64,000 nt of DNA from Octopus sinensis (GCF_006345805.1 NC_043015.1:26722001-26786000); one strand, 5' to 3'; shown: positions 14,610 to 27,892, counted from the stretch's first letter. Program-made: numbers and translations. The notes: a model not told the origin generated them from the sequence alone.

Positions 14610-15443
14610 CACAAAGTGTACTCTCTAATGACAAACTTGAGAGTATTGACCACATTGTTGCCTGTTGCTCAGTCCTTGTCTCTTAGAGAATATAAAATCA
14701 GGCCTGATCGAGTTGGCCAGGTCTTGCACTGGATAATATGCCATCACTGTGACATCCCGCACCCTAAGAACTGGCATGAAAACCATCAAGAGAGAGTCAC
14801 TGAGGGAGATGATATAACCTCCTATGGGATTATGGGATAGATACAGACAGGCAAATGTTAACGGACCTGACATCGTCATCAAAGACAAAATAAAAACAAA
14901 CCTATTTCTTTACTACACACAAGGGACTAAACACAGAGGGGACAAACAATGACAGACACACGGATTAAGTCGATTACATCGACCCCAGTGCGTAACTGGT
15001 ACTTAATTTATCGACCCCGAAAGGATGAAAGGCAAAGTTGACCTCGGCGGAATTTGAACTCAGAACGTAATGGCAGACGAAATACCGCTATGCATTTCGC
15101 CCGGTGTGCTAACATTTCTGCCAGATTAATTGATATGACAGTACCTACTGAGAGAAGAATCTCAGGAAAGGAATTTGAGAAACTGTCGAAATGTAAGGAC
15201 TTTCAAATTGAGATGTCTAGGACGTGGAATTTAAAAATCAAAATCACCCCTGTGCTTAACGGTACTGACAAATTTTTTGACCAGATCCCAGAGAAACGAA
15301 CAATCAATGCGACTACTAAAAATGTTTTATTAACATCAATCGTCCACATCCTCAAGAAGTTTCTCTCCATCTAATATATACATGGCTTAGGTCTGTGGTT
15401 GAAACCCAGTCGGAAGATGCAATAAAATGCAATTCAATCGAAA
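14610..15443 (+). mobile_element. R4/Dong-like 3' fragment (zinc knuckle + RLE + 3' UTR) interrupted by a SINE
   Basis: ESIDHIVACCSVL..EYKIRPDRVGQVLHWIIC..GPDIVIKDK | SINE | LIDMTVPTERRISGKEFEKLSK..HILKKFLSI*; 3' UTR ends at aataataatgatg. Confidence 0.85.
14902..15123 (-). mobile_element. SINE family A
   Basis: Family core on the minus strand, inserted in Dong RLE coding sequence. Confidence 0.9.
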
Positions 15444-15450
15444 AATAATA

Positions 15451-15484
<34 letters not shown>

Positions 15485-15609
15485 CGACGACGACGACGAC
15501 GACAACGACGACAACAACTACGACAACAGCAACTACGACAACAACAACAACAACAGCAGCAGCAACAACGACAGCAACAGCAGCAACAACAACAACAATA
15601 ATAATAATT

Positions 15610-15815
15610 TATTTCTTTACTACCCACAAGGGGCTAAACAAGGACAGACAAAGGGATTAAGTCGATTACATCGACCCCAGTGCGTACCTGGTACTTAATT
15701 TATCGACCCCGAAAGGATGAAAGGAAAAAGTCGACCTCGGCGGAATTTGAACTCGGAACGTAACGACAGACGAAATACGGCTACGCATTTCGTCCAGCAT
15801 GCTAACGTTTCTGCC

Positions 15816-15816
<1 letters not shown>
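15610..15816 (-). mobile_element. SINE family A
   Basis: Near-identical to 14902-15123. Confidence 0.9.
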
Positions 15817-15889
<73 letters not shown>

Positions 15890-15981
15890 TAATAATAATA
15901 ATAATAATAATACTCATCAATAACTATGGCAGCGAGTGAAGGCTTTATCTTGACTGCTCAAGTAAGAAAAGAGATAATGAA

Positions 15982-16056
<75 letters not shown>

Positions 16057-16068
16057 TGCCATCACTGT

Positions 16069-16170
16069 GGGACGTTTAAGATGTAAGACACCGGGGACGT
16101 TTAAGATGTAAGAGAGACACCGGGGACGTTTAAGATGTAAGAGAGACACCGGGGACGTTTAAGATGTAAG
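16069..16170 (+). repeat. Four tandem copies of core GGGACGTTTAAGATGTAAG (periods 25, 29, 29) at the 5' end of Dong copy 2
   Basis: Cores start at 16069, 16094, 16123 and 16152. Confidence 0.95.
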
Positions 16171-16500
16171 AAGGAAAATACAGAGCTCCGAAATCTATCC
16201 ACAAACATCGAAAAGAAGGACACCTTATGGAGCCAAAGATTTACTAACAAAGAATTGGACTATATCCGAGTAAGTAATACTAATTGAAATTTATTACTAT
16301 TTTCGAAACGAAATGATGTATTTTGACTCGATATTATCTCCACCTCTAACACAACACATGTAAACATGCGTGGAACAACACGATCATCCCCGACCTCAAA
16401 CACCATGTACAAAGGAACTACGAAGAAATGAAATGCCACCGATACTATTCAACCCAAGAATAACAATCGAGCGGTACGTACATTAAACCTACAACAAAAA

Positions 16501-19500
16501 ATGTACGAAAAACTACACGTGCGAAATAATGTGACAACAGAAATAAACGGACCGGTACCCTACGAAAATGACGACCGTCAAAATAATGGGCCGGACGTTG
16601 TACCTTATGTCCCGCAATTAAAACCCAAAAGACGTAAATGGACACGTGAGGAATACATTTCTATCTTACACGCATACTTCACAGCAATGCTCTACCCACA
16701 AAATGAAAATACAACAACACATACATATAAAATATGTTAGGAAAATAATAGAGATATAGACTTGGATACAGCAATGAACCCTAATAAATTAGCTAACGTA
16801 CGAAGATACATTCTCAAAGCCAAAAAAATATCAGAAATAGAAATAGAACATTTAAACAAACATTCCCAACAAACACGATGTAAACAACGAAGGGGAGCCT
16901 AATGATTATGATAATATAAAAAATAAAATAATCAAAGAACTGAAAACCACAGAGCCCAAAATGGACCACCGACCATACCTCCCAAGAATAAAAATAAACG
17001 CAATAACAACACCAATTATAAACAACATAAACCTAGCCGTTACTGAACTAGCCACTGAAACAAAAAAAAGTGATATCACTGAACTAAATGACTTGATATA
17101 CGCAGCAGCCACTGCAGCCACAAAAGAAGCTGGATACTCACCCAAACCCGCCCAAACAGGAGTACCACCACCCAAATAAACCCTGTGGATAAATAACATC
17201 CAAAACAAAATAAAAAAAATTAGAAAAGACCTGTCGATTCTTAATGAAATCAGCAAACAAGCAACGCTACTAAGCAACAAAAAGAGAACAAAAATGCTCC
17301 GCAAATATAACATCACAGAAAAAGATTTGCCGGAGATAAAAGAAAAGCTGAAGCAAGATATCCTTGCCAAAGCTCAAAGGATCCGCCGGTACGAGAAACG
17401 CCAACGCTTCTTTGAACAAAACAAAAAGTTCAACTCCGACCCCAAAAAGTTCTACCAAGAACTGGGCAAAAATAAAATAGAAGTCACTGCAGCACCAACG
17501 GCAGAAGAATTGGAAGAATTCTGGAGAGAAATATGGTCGGCGAACGAACAGCCAAAAAAAAGGAGTATGAAAATAACAAACTCGGCATCTAAACAACTTT
17601 GGACCCCCATAACAACTGAAGAGGTCACCCAGGCACTGCAAAAACTAAGCAACTGGAAGGCACCTGGGCATGACAAGATCCCCAACTTCTGGTTGAAATA
17701 TCTAACAGGAATGCACAAAAAGCTGGCTGAAAACTTTAACAGCATACTAGCAGAGCCAGAGACAATGCCTGAATGGCTCACGAAGGGGAAAAACATCTTA
17801 ATTCCCAAATCAAATGAAACAACAAAACCAAAAACTACAGACCAATAACCTGCCTCCCTACTATGTTCAAGGCATTTACTGCAGTGATATCGCAAAGGCT
17901 GAACAAGCACCTGGACGAAAACAAACTGTTCCCAGAAGAGCAGAAAGGATGCCGCAAGGGCTCATATGGCTGTAAAGATCAACTAATGATTAATAAAGCC
18001 GTAACTGAAGACAGCCACAGAAAGAAGAAAGGCCTCAGTATGGCCTGGATTGACTACAAAAAGGCGTTTGATAGCATCCCCCACACATGGATCCTCGAAA
18101 CACTAGCCATTGACAAAGTAGCACCAACAATCATAAGATTCATAGAGCACTCTATGAATAAATGGCAAACAGTCCTACACCTCCAAACAAAAGAGGGACT
18201 CATGAAAACCAAAGACATCCCCATTAGAAGAGGAATATTCCAGGGAGACACGCTCTCTCCACTCCTTTTCTGCTTGGCACTGTCACCTCTATCTGATATG
18301 CTAAAAGAAACTGGATGCGGATATAAATGTTACGGCAAAACGATCAGCCACCTTTTATATATGGATGACCTAAAACTATACGCTGCAAATGACAAACAGC
18401 TGGAAACACTATTAAAGACAGTTCATGGATTTACCAAAGAAATAGATATGAAATTTGGATTAGAAAAATGCGCCAAAGTAACCATGAAAGGAGGAAAACT
18501 AGTTAAGAGTAACAACATCACACTAGATAAACCAATGAAATAAAAGAATTAGACCAAAGCCAAACTTACAAATACTTAGGAATCCATGAACTAGATAAGA
18601 CACAACACACACAAATGAAAGAGAAAATAAAAAAAGAATATTATAGACGAGTTAGATCAATACTAAAACAGAGCTCAATGCTAAAAACAAGATAATAGGT
18701 ATCAACACTTTAGCTGTCCCAGTTATAAGTTACAGCTACAATATCCTTAACTGGACACGAAATGAACTGTCCAAAATAGATAGGAAAACAAGAAAAATAC
18801 TGACAGGATCTAGGATGCATCACCCAAAATCTGACATAGAAAGACTATATATACAACGTATAGAAGGTGGTAGAGGCCTTATACAGCTGGAAAACTACTA
18901 TAAAATAACCACCATAGGACTGCAAAAATACCTACTTCAGAAGGAAGGAAAACTGATCCAGATAGCAGCAAAACACGAGCAAAAAAAAAAACTGTTCTCA
19001 GTATTTAAGGAAGCTGACAAATACAAACAAGAAATCATACCACCTAATAAACACAAAGAAGAAGAAGATGATGAAGAAACAACAAAAGCTATAAAACAAA
19101 TGAAATCCAAACTAAAAATAGAACAGCAACGAGCTATGATAAAACGATGGCAAGAAAAGCCCCTTCATGGTAAATACTGCACTAAACTAAACGCAAAAGA
19201 AATAGACAAAGAAAAATCCCAGCAATGGTTGAGAAGCTCAGGAATCAAAGCAGAAACAGAGGGATTTTTAATTGCAGCACAAGACCAAAGCCTCCCCACC
19301 AGAAATTACCAAAAACATGTAATGAAAAGAAATATTACAAGTAACTGCAGAATATGTGGAGATGGACAAGAAACAATAAATCATATTATCTCTAGCTGCC
19401 CAGTCCTGGCTAAGAAGGAATATATTCATAGACATGACAGAGTTGGAACCTACATACATTGGAAGCTATGCCAACATTATGGAATAACAACAGAAAAAAG

Positions 19501-19911
19501 ATGGTATAGGCACACACAAAGGTCACAGAAAACGAGAAAGCAACCATACTCTGGGATATGCCGATACACACAGATAGAGAAATTAAGGCCAACAGACCAG
19601 ATATAGTTGTCAGAGATCATGAAGAAAAAAAATGCTTTCTAATTGATGTATCAATACCGGCAGATGACAACGTGTCTCTAAAAGAAATGGAAAAACTCTC
19701 AAAATACAAAGACCTGGAAATAGAGATAACTAGAATGTGGAACCTGAAAGCAGAAACAATTCCTATCATAGTAGGTGCATTAGGCATGATAAAAAAATAT
19801 TCAGACAAATACATAACAAAAACACCAGGACTTACAAACACATATAACATACAGAAAATTGCACTACTAGGCACTGCACACATCCTACGCAGAACACTTT
19901 CCATACAATAA
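16501..19911 (+). pseudogene. Disrupted RT-RLE ORF of R4/Dong copy 2
   Basis: ORF pieces 16501-16740, 16961-17179, 17294-17848, 17863-18543, 18815-19606 and 19558-19911. Confidence 0.9.
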
Positions 19912-19980
19912 CCATCAGAGCATCACAACAAATCACAGCACATACATAAGGCACACTGAATAATAATAATAATACTAATT

Positions 19981-21040
19981 TGAGCCTGGTCAAAAGGGGG
20001 GTAGAGAGCCTCTTTCTCCTTTTATAAAACCTTTTTAATTACAGGCGAAACCTGAGAATTGGTCCATTCACAATTCACCCACCTTTCAGAAAACTTGCTA
20101 TAGGACAGAACTCTCCTCTCTAACCTCATCTTCCTTTTCAAGTGAAACTTGAAAACGTTGATGAGGCCTTGACCAAAGAGGAAAGTGTCTGACTTTAGCC
20201 CTTTCAAACGGGTCCACCATACAATCTCTTTCGCCACAGCCACTAGGCACAGGAAAACGGCCTCGCCCTCCTTGTTAAAGGAGGTCGGCGGGGCAATCTT
20301 CACTATGGATTCGGTTGATAGCCGAATCCGTCCTATACGCGACAGTAGCTGTTCGACATAAACCCATAGTTCAGCAATACTCGGGCACTGGACGAGTGCG
20401 TGCAGAACGGTTTCGTCGGCCTGGCAACACCTCGGGAAGGCCCGGCTGACGGCACTTCCGTGCCGGTAGAGTTTATCCTGAACAGGCAGAGCCCCTCGGT
20501 AGCACTGCCAGGCGAGCGACCTCTGGAAATTATCCATTGGCCCCGGCCCGAAAGTCCTTCCGAACAGACCGCTCAGTTCGTTATCACCAACGCCTAGAGT
20601 TTCCCCGAGAACGTCGTCGCATTTTTCCTCCACTAACCCTCTATAGAACGCTAGAGTGGAACTAAAACCGATCGCATTGCCCGCCTGGCGGAGGGCGGAG
20701 AGAGCTTGACGGCACTCGAGGTGCCAAGCGCCCTTTCTCGGTCTACGTTTGATCCAGGTCTGCAGCTCTGTCAAAGAGACGAGCTTCGGAAAGTCGCGTC
20801 TGACAAAAGACGACCACACCTGATCACCGTCTAGGAAACGCTTGAGATGTCGCAGCCTGAGCGCATGTCTGCGCATCAGTAATCACGGAATGCCAAGGCC
20901 TCCGTTCAGCGGTCGTTGACAGCAGATGGATCGCCTGACCAGTAGCACCTGACCCTTCCACAAAAAGTCGAAGAACAGGCGTACCAGCTTGGCCAACCAG
21001 CGGCCGGGACAAGGGATGGCGGTCAAGCGGTAATAGCAGC
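19981..21040 (-). mobile_element. L1/Tx1-clade LINE ORF2 3' fragment
   Basis: LFFDFLWKG..ICCQRPLNGGLGIP; ORF 20022-20876 with zf-RVT-type RC..ADETVLHALVQCP. Confidence 0.85.
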
Positions 21041-21059
21041 GGTATGACTCATAATGAAG

Positions 21060-21490
21060 CGAATGATTCAAAATGGTTGCACAACGCCAGTCATCACAGA
21101 CAAATTTCATTAAGGCTAAATGAGAACGGGGATTTTGGTGTGCACAGAAGTTCATGTAGTCCTTTGGCACAGAATGAATATGGACGCAAGTACAACTGTG
21201 TGTTCAAGGAACGATACTGGGGCATGTTACTTCACGGAGGATTTTAAGTAGGAAGAAAATGGTAGCAACATCAACTAGAAAGTGTAATAGAGAAGACCTT
21301 ATGGGATTTTAATGTATAAACTGATCGCCAAACTCATGCAAGGCAACCAGATATTACCGTTCTGGACAAAGCGAAAAACAGAGCTATATCTGCGGGCCTC
21401 AATATTGTGGTCAAAGAACAAGAGAAAATAGGAAAATACTAGGATTTGGCCAAGGAAATTCCATACAATGTAATCCCAGTAGTTCTTTCA
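21060..21490 (+). mobile_element. Degraded R4/Dong RLE-region fragment
   Basis: SSCSPLAQNEY..LWDFNV*TDRQTHARQPDITVLDK..EQEKIGKY*DLAKEI. Confidence 0.6.
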
Positions 21491-21615
21491 AGACTTCCTG
21501 CCAACACAGAACGAGCCGGTTTTTAACCTAGATCCACGGTTTCTTCATTCGAATTTCAACAGCAATAACAGGGTGTTTTTGTTTGTTTGCTTCTTTGTAT
21601 GCGTGTATGTATGTA

Positions 21616-22890
21616 CGAGGGGCGTTCAATAAGTAATGCCCCTGACCCACTTCCCATAGCAGTGGAGCAACGAAACTTGGCACAGTTATTAGTCTTTTTC
21701 TACATAGGAACCACCCAGAGTTACGCATTTCTCCCATCGTTTGATGCAACTCTGGAGACCGTTTTTGTAGAAGAACCCAGCTCGGTCCTCCAACCTCAAC
21801 GTGACTTCAGAAATCAAGGCTGCATCATCTGGGAAACGCTTTCCTTTCAAAAACAACTTCATGATTGGGAAGAGGTGAAAATCAGAAGGTGCAAGGTCAG
21901 GAAAGTAGGGGCGATGGGGAGGAGTTCATAGCCATACGCCTGTGCTTCTGATCTGGCGACAAGCGAGTTGTGGACCGGAGCGTTGTCCTGCAGGAGGAGG
22001 ATGCCTTTGCTGCTCTTGTCCCGCCTCTTGATTTTGATAACTTCTCTTAATTTCCTCAAAAGTGAAGCATAATAGGCTCCTGCAATTGTGGTACCCTTTG
22101 CCAGGAAATCTGTCATCACTACTCCGTCCTGGTCCCAGAAGACTGTGAGCATGACCTTGCCAGCGGAGGGCTGCACCCTTGCCTTCTTTGGAGGGGGTGA
22201 GTCACGGTGCTTCCACTGCTTTGGTCTCTGGATCATCGTGATGGACCCAAGTTTCATCCTCTGTAATCAGTCTTTTGAAAAATTTTGACTCATCTTCTTG
22301 GCACATCTCCAAATTCACCCTCGAGCACTCGACGCGTTCTTGCTTCTGGAAAGGCGTGAGCAACCTGGGAAACCATCTGGCAGACGCTTTTTGCATATGC
22401 AAATGGTCATGAATGATAGTTTCCACAGACCCGGTACTAATCTTGACCTCATGGGCTATTTCGCGAATAGTTATGCGTCGATCTTCCAAAATGGCAGCCT
22501 CAACTTGACGGACAGATGCCTCATCAATGGCAAAAGGGGGCGACCAGATCTGGGAGATGTTTCCACAGAGTTCCGACCATGTTTGAATTCACGATGCCAG
22601 CGTTTTACAAGGTCATATGATGGGGCATTATCACCATAAGTTACTTTCATTTCATCAAAAGTCTCCCGTGGTGTGCGTCCTTTCAAATACAAAAACCGGA
22701 TCACTGCTCGACACTCAACAGACTCCATTTCACACTTGACTCGGTTCAAAAACCTGTAAATCAGAAACCACAATTTAATTCAGAGCTGTAATTTGCCACT
22801 TACTCTATATAAATGATTGCACATGCAAAATTTCAGCTAGATCAAACAACTGCAAGTGGGTCAGAGGCATTACTTATTGAACGTCTCTCG
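21616..22890 (-). mobile_element. Full-length mariner (DD34D) transposon with ~37-bp TIRs and TA TSD
   Basis: TIRs cgaggggcgttcaataagtaatgcccctgacccactt / aagtgggtcagaggcattacttattgaacgtctctcg; TA at 21614-15 and 22891-92. Confidence 0.95.
21689..22728 (-). pseudogene. Frameshifted mariner transposase
   Basis: MESVECRAVIRFL..RSGRP; WFPRLLT; EDETW; QDNAPVH; PDLAPSD. Confidence 0.92.
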
Positions 22891-23014
22891 TATGTATGTA
22901 TGTATGTATGTATGTATGTATGTATGTATGTATGTATGTATGTATGTATGTATGTTTGTATGTATGGATGGATGTATGTATGTATGAATGTATGTATGTA
23001 TGTATGTATGTATT

Positions 23015-23048
<34 letters not shown>

Positions 23049-23107
23049 TGTATGTATGTATGTATGTATGTATGTATGTATGCATGTATGTATGTATGTA
23101 TGTATGT
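22891..23107. repeat. (TATG)n microsatellite
   Basis: Direct reading. Confidence 0.97.
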
Positions 23108-23580
<473 letters not shown>

Positions 23581-23737
23581 AAGAGTATGTATGTATGTAT
23601 GTATGTTTGTATGTATCTATATGTGCAGATTTGTATGCTTTGTTTTATGTATGTATTCTCATACTTACTCTTTTCTGGTTTTGAGAAACCTAATTTCGGA
23701 AGATTGGTACTTAGGCAATTTATTACATGTTCCGGTG

Positions 23738-24118
23738 TGGAGGTGCAATGTCCCAGTGGTTACGACATTGGACTTGCTGCTATAGGATCGCGGTTTCGGT
23801 TCCTAGAGCAGGTGTTGTGAGTGTTTATTGAGCAAAAACACCCAAATCTCCACGAAACTCCAGCAGGGGGTGGTGGCGAAACTTGCTGTATTCTTTCACC
23901 ACAACTTTCTCACTCTTTCTTCCTGTTTCTGTTGTAGCTGTATTTCAAAGGGCCAGCCTTGTCACACTCTGTGTCACGCTGAATCTCCCCGAGAACTACA
24001 TTAAGGGTTCACGTGTCTGTGGAGTGCTCAGCAACTTGCACGTTTAATTTCACGTGCTGGCTGTTCCGTTGATCGGATGAACTGGAACCCTTGCCGTCGT
24101 AACCGACGGAGTGCCACG
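23738..24118 (+). mobile_element. SINE family C (tRNA-like head) with 13-bp TSD
   Basis: A/B-box-like tgtcccagtggtta and ggtttcggttcc; ACATGTTCCGGTG duplicated at 23725-23737 and 24119-24131. Confidence 0.85.
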
Positions 24119-24716
24119 ACATGTTCCGGTGCACCAATAATTACAGATGTAAACCCGAACTCCTAAGTCGAGTAAAGTTACTCTAAATTTCTCAATAGTT
24201 CAGCATAGGTGTTTTCCTTTTCTCTGATCTTTAGCTTTACGTTGACCGGCTGATTCCCACTGCTGCACACAGTTTCTCTTCTCTGTCCTAAACCATTATG
24301 TCTCTATGTAAGAATGCATATATATTTATCGTGTGTGTGCCTCGCTATCTACTCATCTCAAGACATTAGTTCTCAGCAACAAAGTGTTCCCAAATGATCC
24401 GTTGTGATTAAGTATCCAACGGCGCTTAGATCATCCGAAGCAGTGATCCAAACAACTACAATGGAACTAATAATGTAAAATTGTGTTTATCGTAATTAAC
24501 CCTGTATTTACTGTGTATTTCATAACTAGTAATACTACTTAGTAGTTGGTTATATGATCACTACACCGGAAGCAGGCGTGGAATGCTAAACTTAATAGTT
24601 GCAGTTGTGTATTTATTTGTGCACACAAGATACCCTGTCTCCCCCCACTCTTCCACTGTCACTTTATATGTGTGTGTGTGTGTATGCGTATGTAGACACG
24701 TATATGTAGAAATAAG

Positions 24717-24768
<52 letters not shown>

Positions 24769-25016
24769 AATACATATGAATTTCAACCGTGTTTCGTGGT
24801 CTGCTACCACAACAGCTCCTTTATAGGATCCAGTTAGCTCAAGACATCATTAGGAGGAACCACGTCTGGTCTCGGCCCCTACTCCTCTACCGTTTTGGCG
24901 TGGCGCGGCCCCCCTTTCGGAGGTGTTTTCAGCTCTGGTGTTGGGTGCATGTCTTCTTTCTTCTTTCTTCTGTTCCTTGGCCTATTCGCTGTAGCGTCAA
25001 CGAATGTCAGCGGGCA

Positions 25017-25125
25017 ACTGACTGACTTGTTAAATTTTTTGCCTTTAAATACATGCCGCTAGGCTCCAGCAGCCAGCCCCAGCAAGTTGTCACGTGACAC
25101 TCTCTCAACTTTAACTGACCAATGA
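25017..25125 (-). promoter_or_regulatory. Candidate Pol II core promoter (CCAAT, E-box, TATA, Inr)
   Basis: CCAAT ~25119; GTCACGTGAC ~25088; minus-strand TATTTAAA 25051-25044; two TCAGT initiator motifs with A at 25023 and 25019 (28 and 32 nt from the first T of the TATA). Confidence 0.45.
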
Positions 25126-25949
25126 GGGCGCGTAGTCTTAGCCCACGCATTCTCTAAACGAGACCGTCACCTGTCAATCAGTGAGGCTAATTCAATGTCA
25201 GCTTGTCTCACCTAGTGCTGTTATTTTCCGCCGGCATATTATGACTTTCAAGACATTTTTGGTCTTCCCGCTTCAGCCATATATAGAAGCTGGCTTTTCC
25301 GACTGCCTCCTTATTAGTTTTCTCAGCTCCGAGCTAGAAAAATAAATCTTCTTTTGAATAGCGTTGTCATTTTCTTTCCAAAATGAAGTCCCTAGCCCCC
25401 ACTGCCAGGCGTTAATACTCGACATTCCATCTCTGTTCTCTGCACTCTTCGATTAGTGTAACTATAAATATTTATGTATGCATGGACACAAGCATTGTGT
25501 GTGTGTGTCTATGTATTATGTATGTACGTGCATACATATCCACAAACATACAAAAGAGGGGGAGAAAGGTGTATGAGAGACCTCCCCGCATATACATACT
25601 TTCACATAGTCCTACATACGTACTCACTTTCCAGCGCTTCTCTGATCATTTGTGTGTGCGTGTGTGATAATATGCATGAACAGCATCATAATACAGTTAC
25701 ACTTGCAGACGACCTCTCAACAGTCGATGCATCTAATCGGTTGTCAGATTCAAAATATGATCTCTTGATTGATTATTAATTAATATAAATAGTATATCAT
25801 ACATCAATGCTAATGGCAGTAACTACATTGTCACAAGATAATCAAAGCTATTACCAGTTGAATCTAGTCTAACTCTCAATTATACGTGAGTAGGTTGAGT
25901 AACTTTCCAATTTGTTCATGTGCTTTTTGTATTTTTCATATAATTTGAC

Positions 25950-26700
25950 AATAAAGTTTCACTAGATATTTCAGAATTTCATCATAGTTTGTTTGGACAT
26001 CATATAACAATGGTCGAATTGATACGAACTATTGGCGTTGGATATCGTAAAAACCTGAGTCTCCGTATTTTAACTGAATGTTTCACTATGTGTGATACGA
26101 TGGTATGATACGACAATATGAATTATTACCAGTGTGTATAAGATGAAAATATCATAGTTTTATTGTATGCTGAAGAGTGAGGGTATGCTTTCATTAGATG
26201 AGGTCAAACAGTTTTAATTGCTGTGGATATTGGTGCGTTATTATAATTATGCGATTGGAATCTGATGAAGGAATAATTATGTCAATTCATTGGATATTGG
26301 ATATCAAACTGCAATACTTACATTAAATATATATTAGTTATGGGTGATATTATGGTTTGATCATTTAATTTCACACTGTATTATAGAACTATGTTACTCA
26401 ATCATTTGATATCGCAGATTGATACGATATTTATCTAGATAGCTGACAACGATACTATCTGTTTCGTAGGATATCTCAGTATTGTAAAAAATTACGTGTG
26501 ATATCGTAAATCAATACAATAGAACATTTGGATATTGCCAGATATTATCCTGCTTTCATTCAATCCCGAATAACTAATGGTATAATTTCTTTGGATATCG
26601 AATAATAAGGATATTCTCAAGTAAATAACATTATACTGGATTTTTCTTTGATATCCAGAGCAGCTATGTGTGATGACAGGTTTGTGTGAGCAACAGAACA
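25950..26700 (-). pseudogene. Possible decayed repeat-protein (LRR-like) coding block 1
   Basis: Recurring EISxET codon motif (25952-72, 26452-77) and ~60-nt spaced ATATCC motifs; many stops. Confidence 0.25.
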
Positions 26701-27186
26701 GGATCAACCTGCAATATCTTATGAAACTGAAGGATTACACTTTAATCACTAACAAAGATGTTGCTCACCCGCTCTCTGTAAATATGCGTGTACGTGGGTG
26801 TATGTGTGTAGTTGTATTTGCCTTATATTATTTGCATCGATTGTAGCTTTTCAAAAAGAGTTTAGATCAGATTCATCTAAGACCTTGCATGCTGAATAAA
26901 TTCATAAACGGTTTTTCAGGAATAGAAGCGGAAAGAAATATTTGTTCTGACTATTGAAATGAAGCTCTATGTGTGCAGATACGCTAACGATTGTTTGGTT
27001 AGTGGCGCACTATCCTTGATCAGGATGACAAAGGTGTGTCAGTATTGAGATTCTGAAAACCGTAGATGAAGATACTCAAAGGAAACTTCACCAAAATTAA
27101 CAAAACATTTGCATTCAGTCACACGTCGATAATATAAACTAAGAAAAGAGTTTAAACTTGGCCAATCACTCTCGCATCAATTGGTT

Positions 27187-27251
27187 GCTTCTCAGCTTAA
27201 TAAACGTGTGGCCCTCGTACCGAGGGTAACTCTTTTATTAAACTGAGAAGC
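27187..27251. other. 65-nt imperfect hairpin
   Basis: GCTTCTCAG.TTAATAAA...CCCTCG tac CGAGGG...TTTATTAA.CTGAGAAGC. Confidence 0.8.
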
Positions 27252-27419
27252 AGACTTGCTACCGAACGTTTCCTGAATTATATCATCTCAAGTGAGTCTG
27301 TGTTTGAGGGGTTGGGAATGAAACGCGTTCTCTATCACGAAGTGTTAAACCAAAATAAAACAGTTAAGTGTTGTAATCCATTAGGAAAATAGCAGAAATT
27401 TGCAGGAAAACCATTATTG

Positions 27420-27750
27420 GTCAAACGCAAATAAATGATGCTCTTACATGGTAGTGCGAGACTACATGTTACCCACTGACCCAGAAAAATGTCATAGCAG
27501 TAAATATGGAAGTTTTTCATCACATTCCTTACTCTCCTGGCCTTGTTTTCTTTGGAAATCATCTTCTCAGACAATTGCAACATTATTTACAGAGAAAATA
27601 CCATATAATTTGAGAAGTTAAAAATTATGCTGGGTTTTTCTTTGCTTTGAAACCTGAAGAATTTTGTAGCCCAGGGATCAACGATTTGCCAACAAGATGG
27701 AATTTGTATCAATAATGAAAAGAAGTATCATCATGATTTAATATATCTAA
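27420..27750 (+). mobile_element. Degraded mariner transposase 3' remnant
   Basis: LLHGSARLHV..MEVFHHIPYSPGL..KPEEFCSPGINDLPTRW. Confidence 0.7.
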
Positions 27751-27847
27751 CAAGACCAAAGAAGCGTTTATTTATTTATCTTGAAAGCCGAAAACACTTT
27801 CTTTCCAACACAACACATGCATACATTCATGCATACATGCATGTATA

Positions 27848-27892
<45 letters not shown>

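Larger units (their letters stand above)
16056..19958 (+). mobile_element. R4/Dong-like non-LTR retrotransposon, copy 2 (different family), near full length, between (TAA)n tracts
   Basis: N-terminal KWTREEYISILHAYF; RT (AWIDYKKAFDSIPH, GIFQGDTLSPLLF, YMDDLKLY); CCHC (CRICGDGQETINHIISSC); RLE (RPDIVVRD..LIDVSIP..KY.DLE); (TAA)n on both sides. Confidence 0.93.

Noticed and set aside
16069-16170. Regularly spaced repeats resembling a CRISPR array
   Set aside because: No unique spacers, eukaryotic context, no cas genes; simple tandem repeat
23738-23810. tRNA gene (also the SINE heads at 6547, 23108, 38551 and 56837)
   Set aside because: Only A/B-box-like motifs; no full cloverleaf; continues into SINE body
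24785-24825. Minus-strand GTGGT/ACCAC stem followed by GAAAC
   Set aside because: No CUGANGA upstream and no helix I
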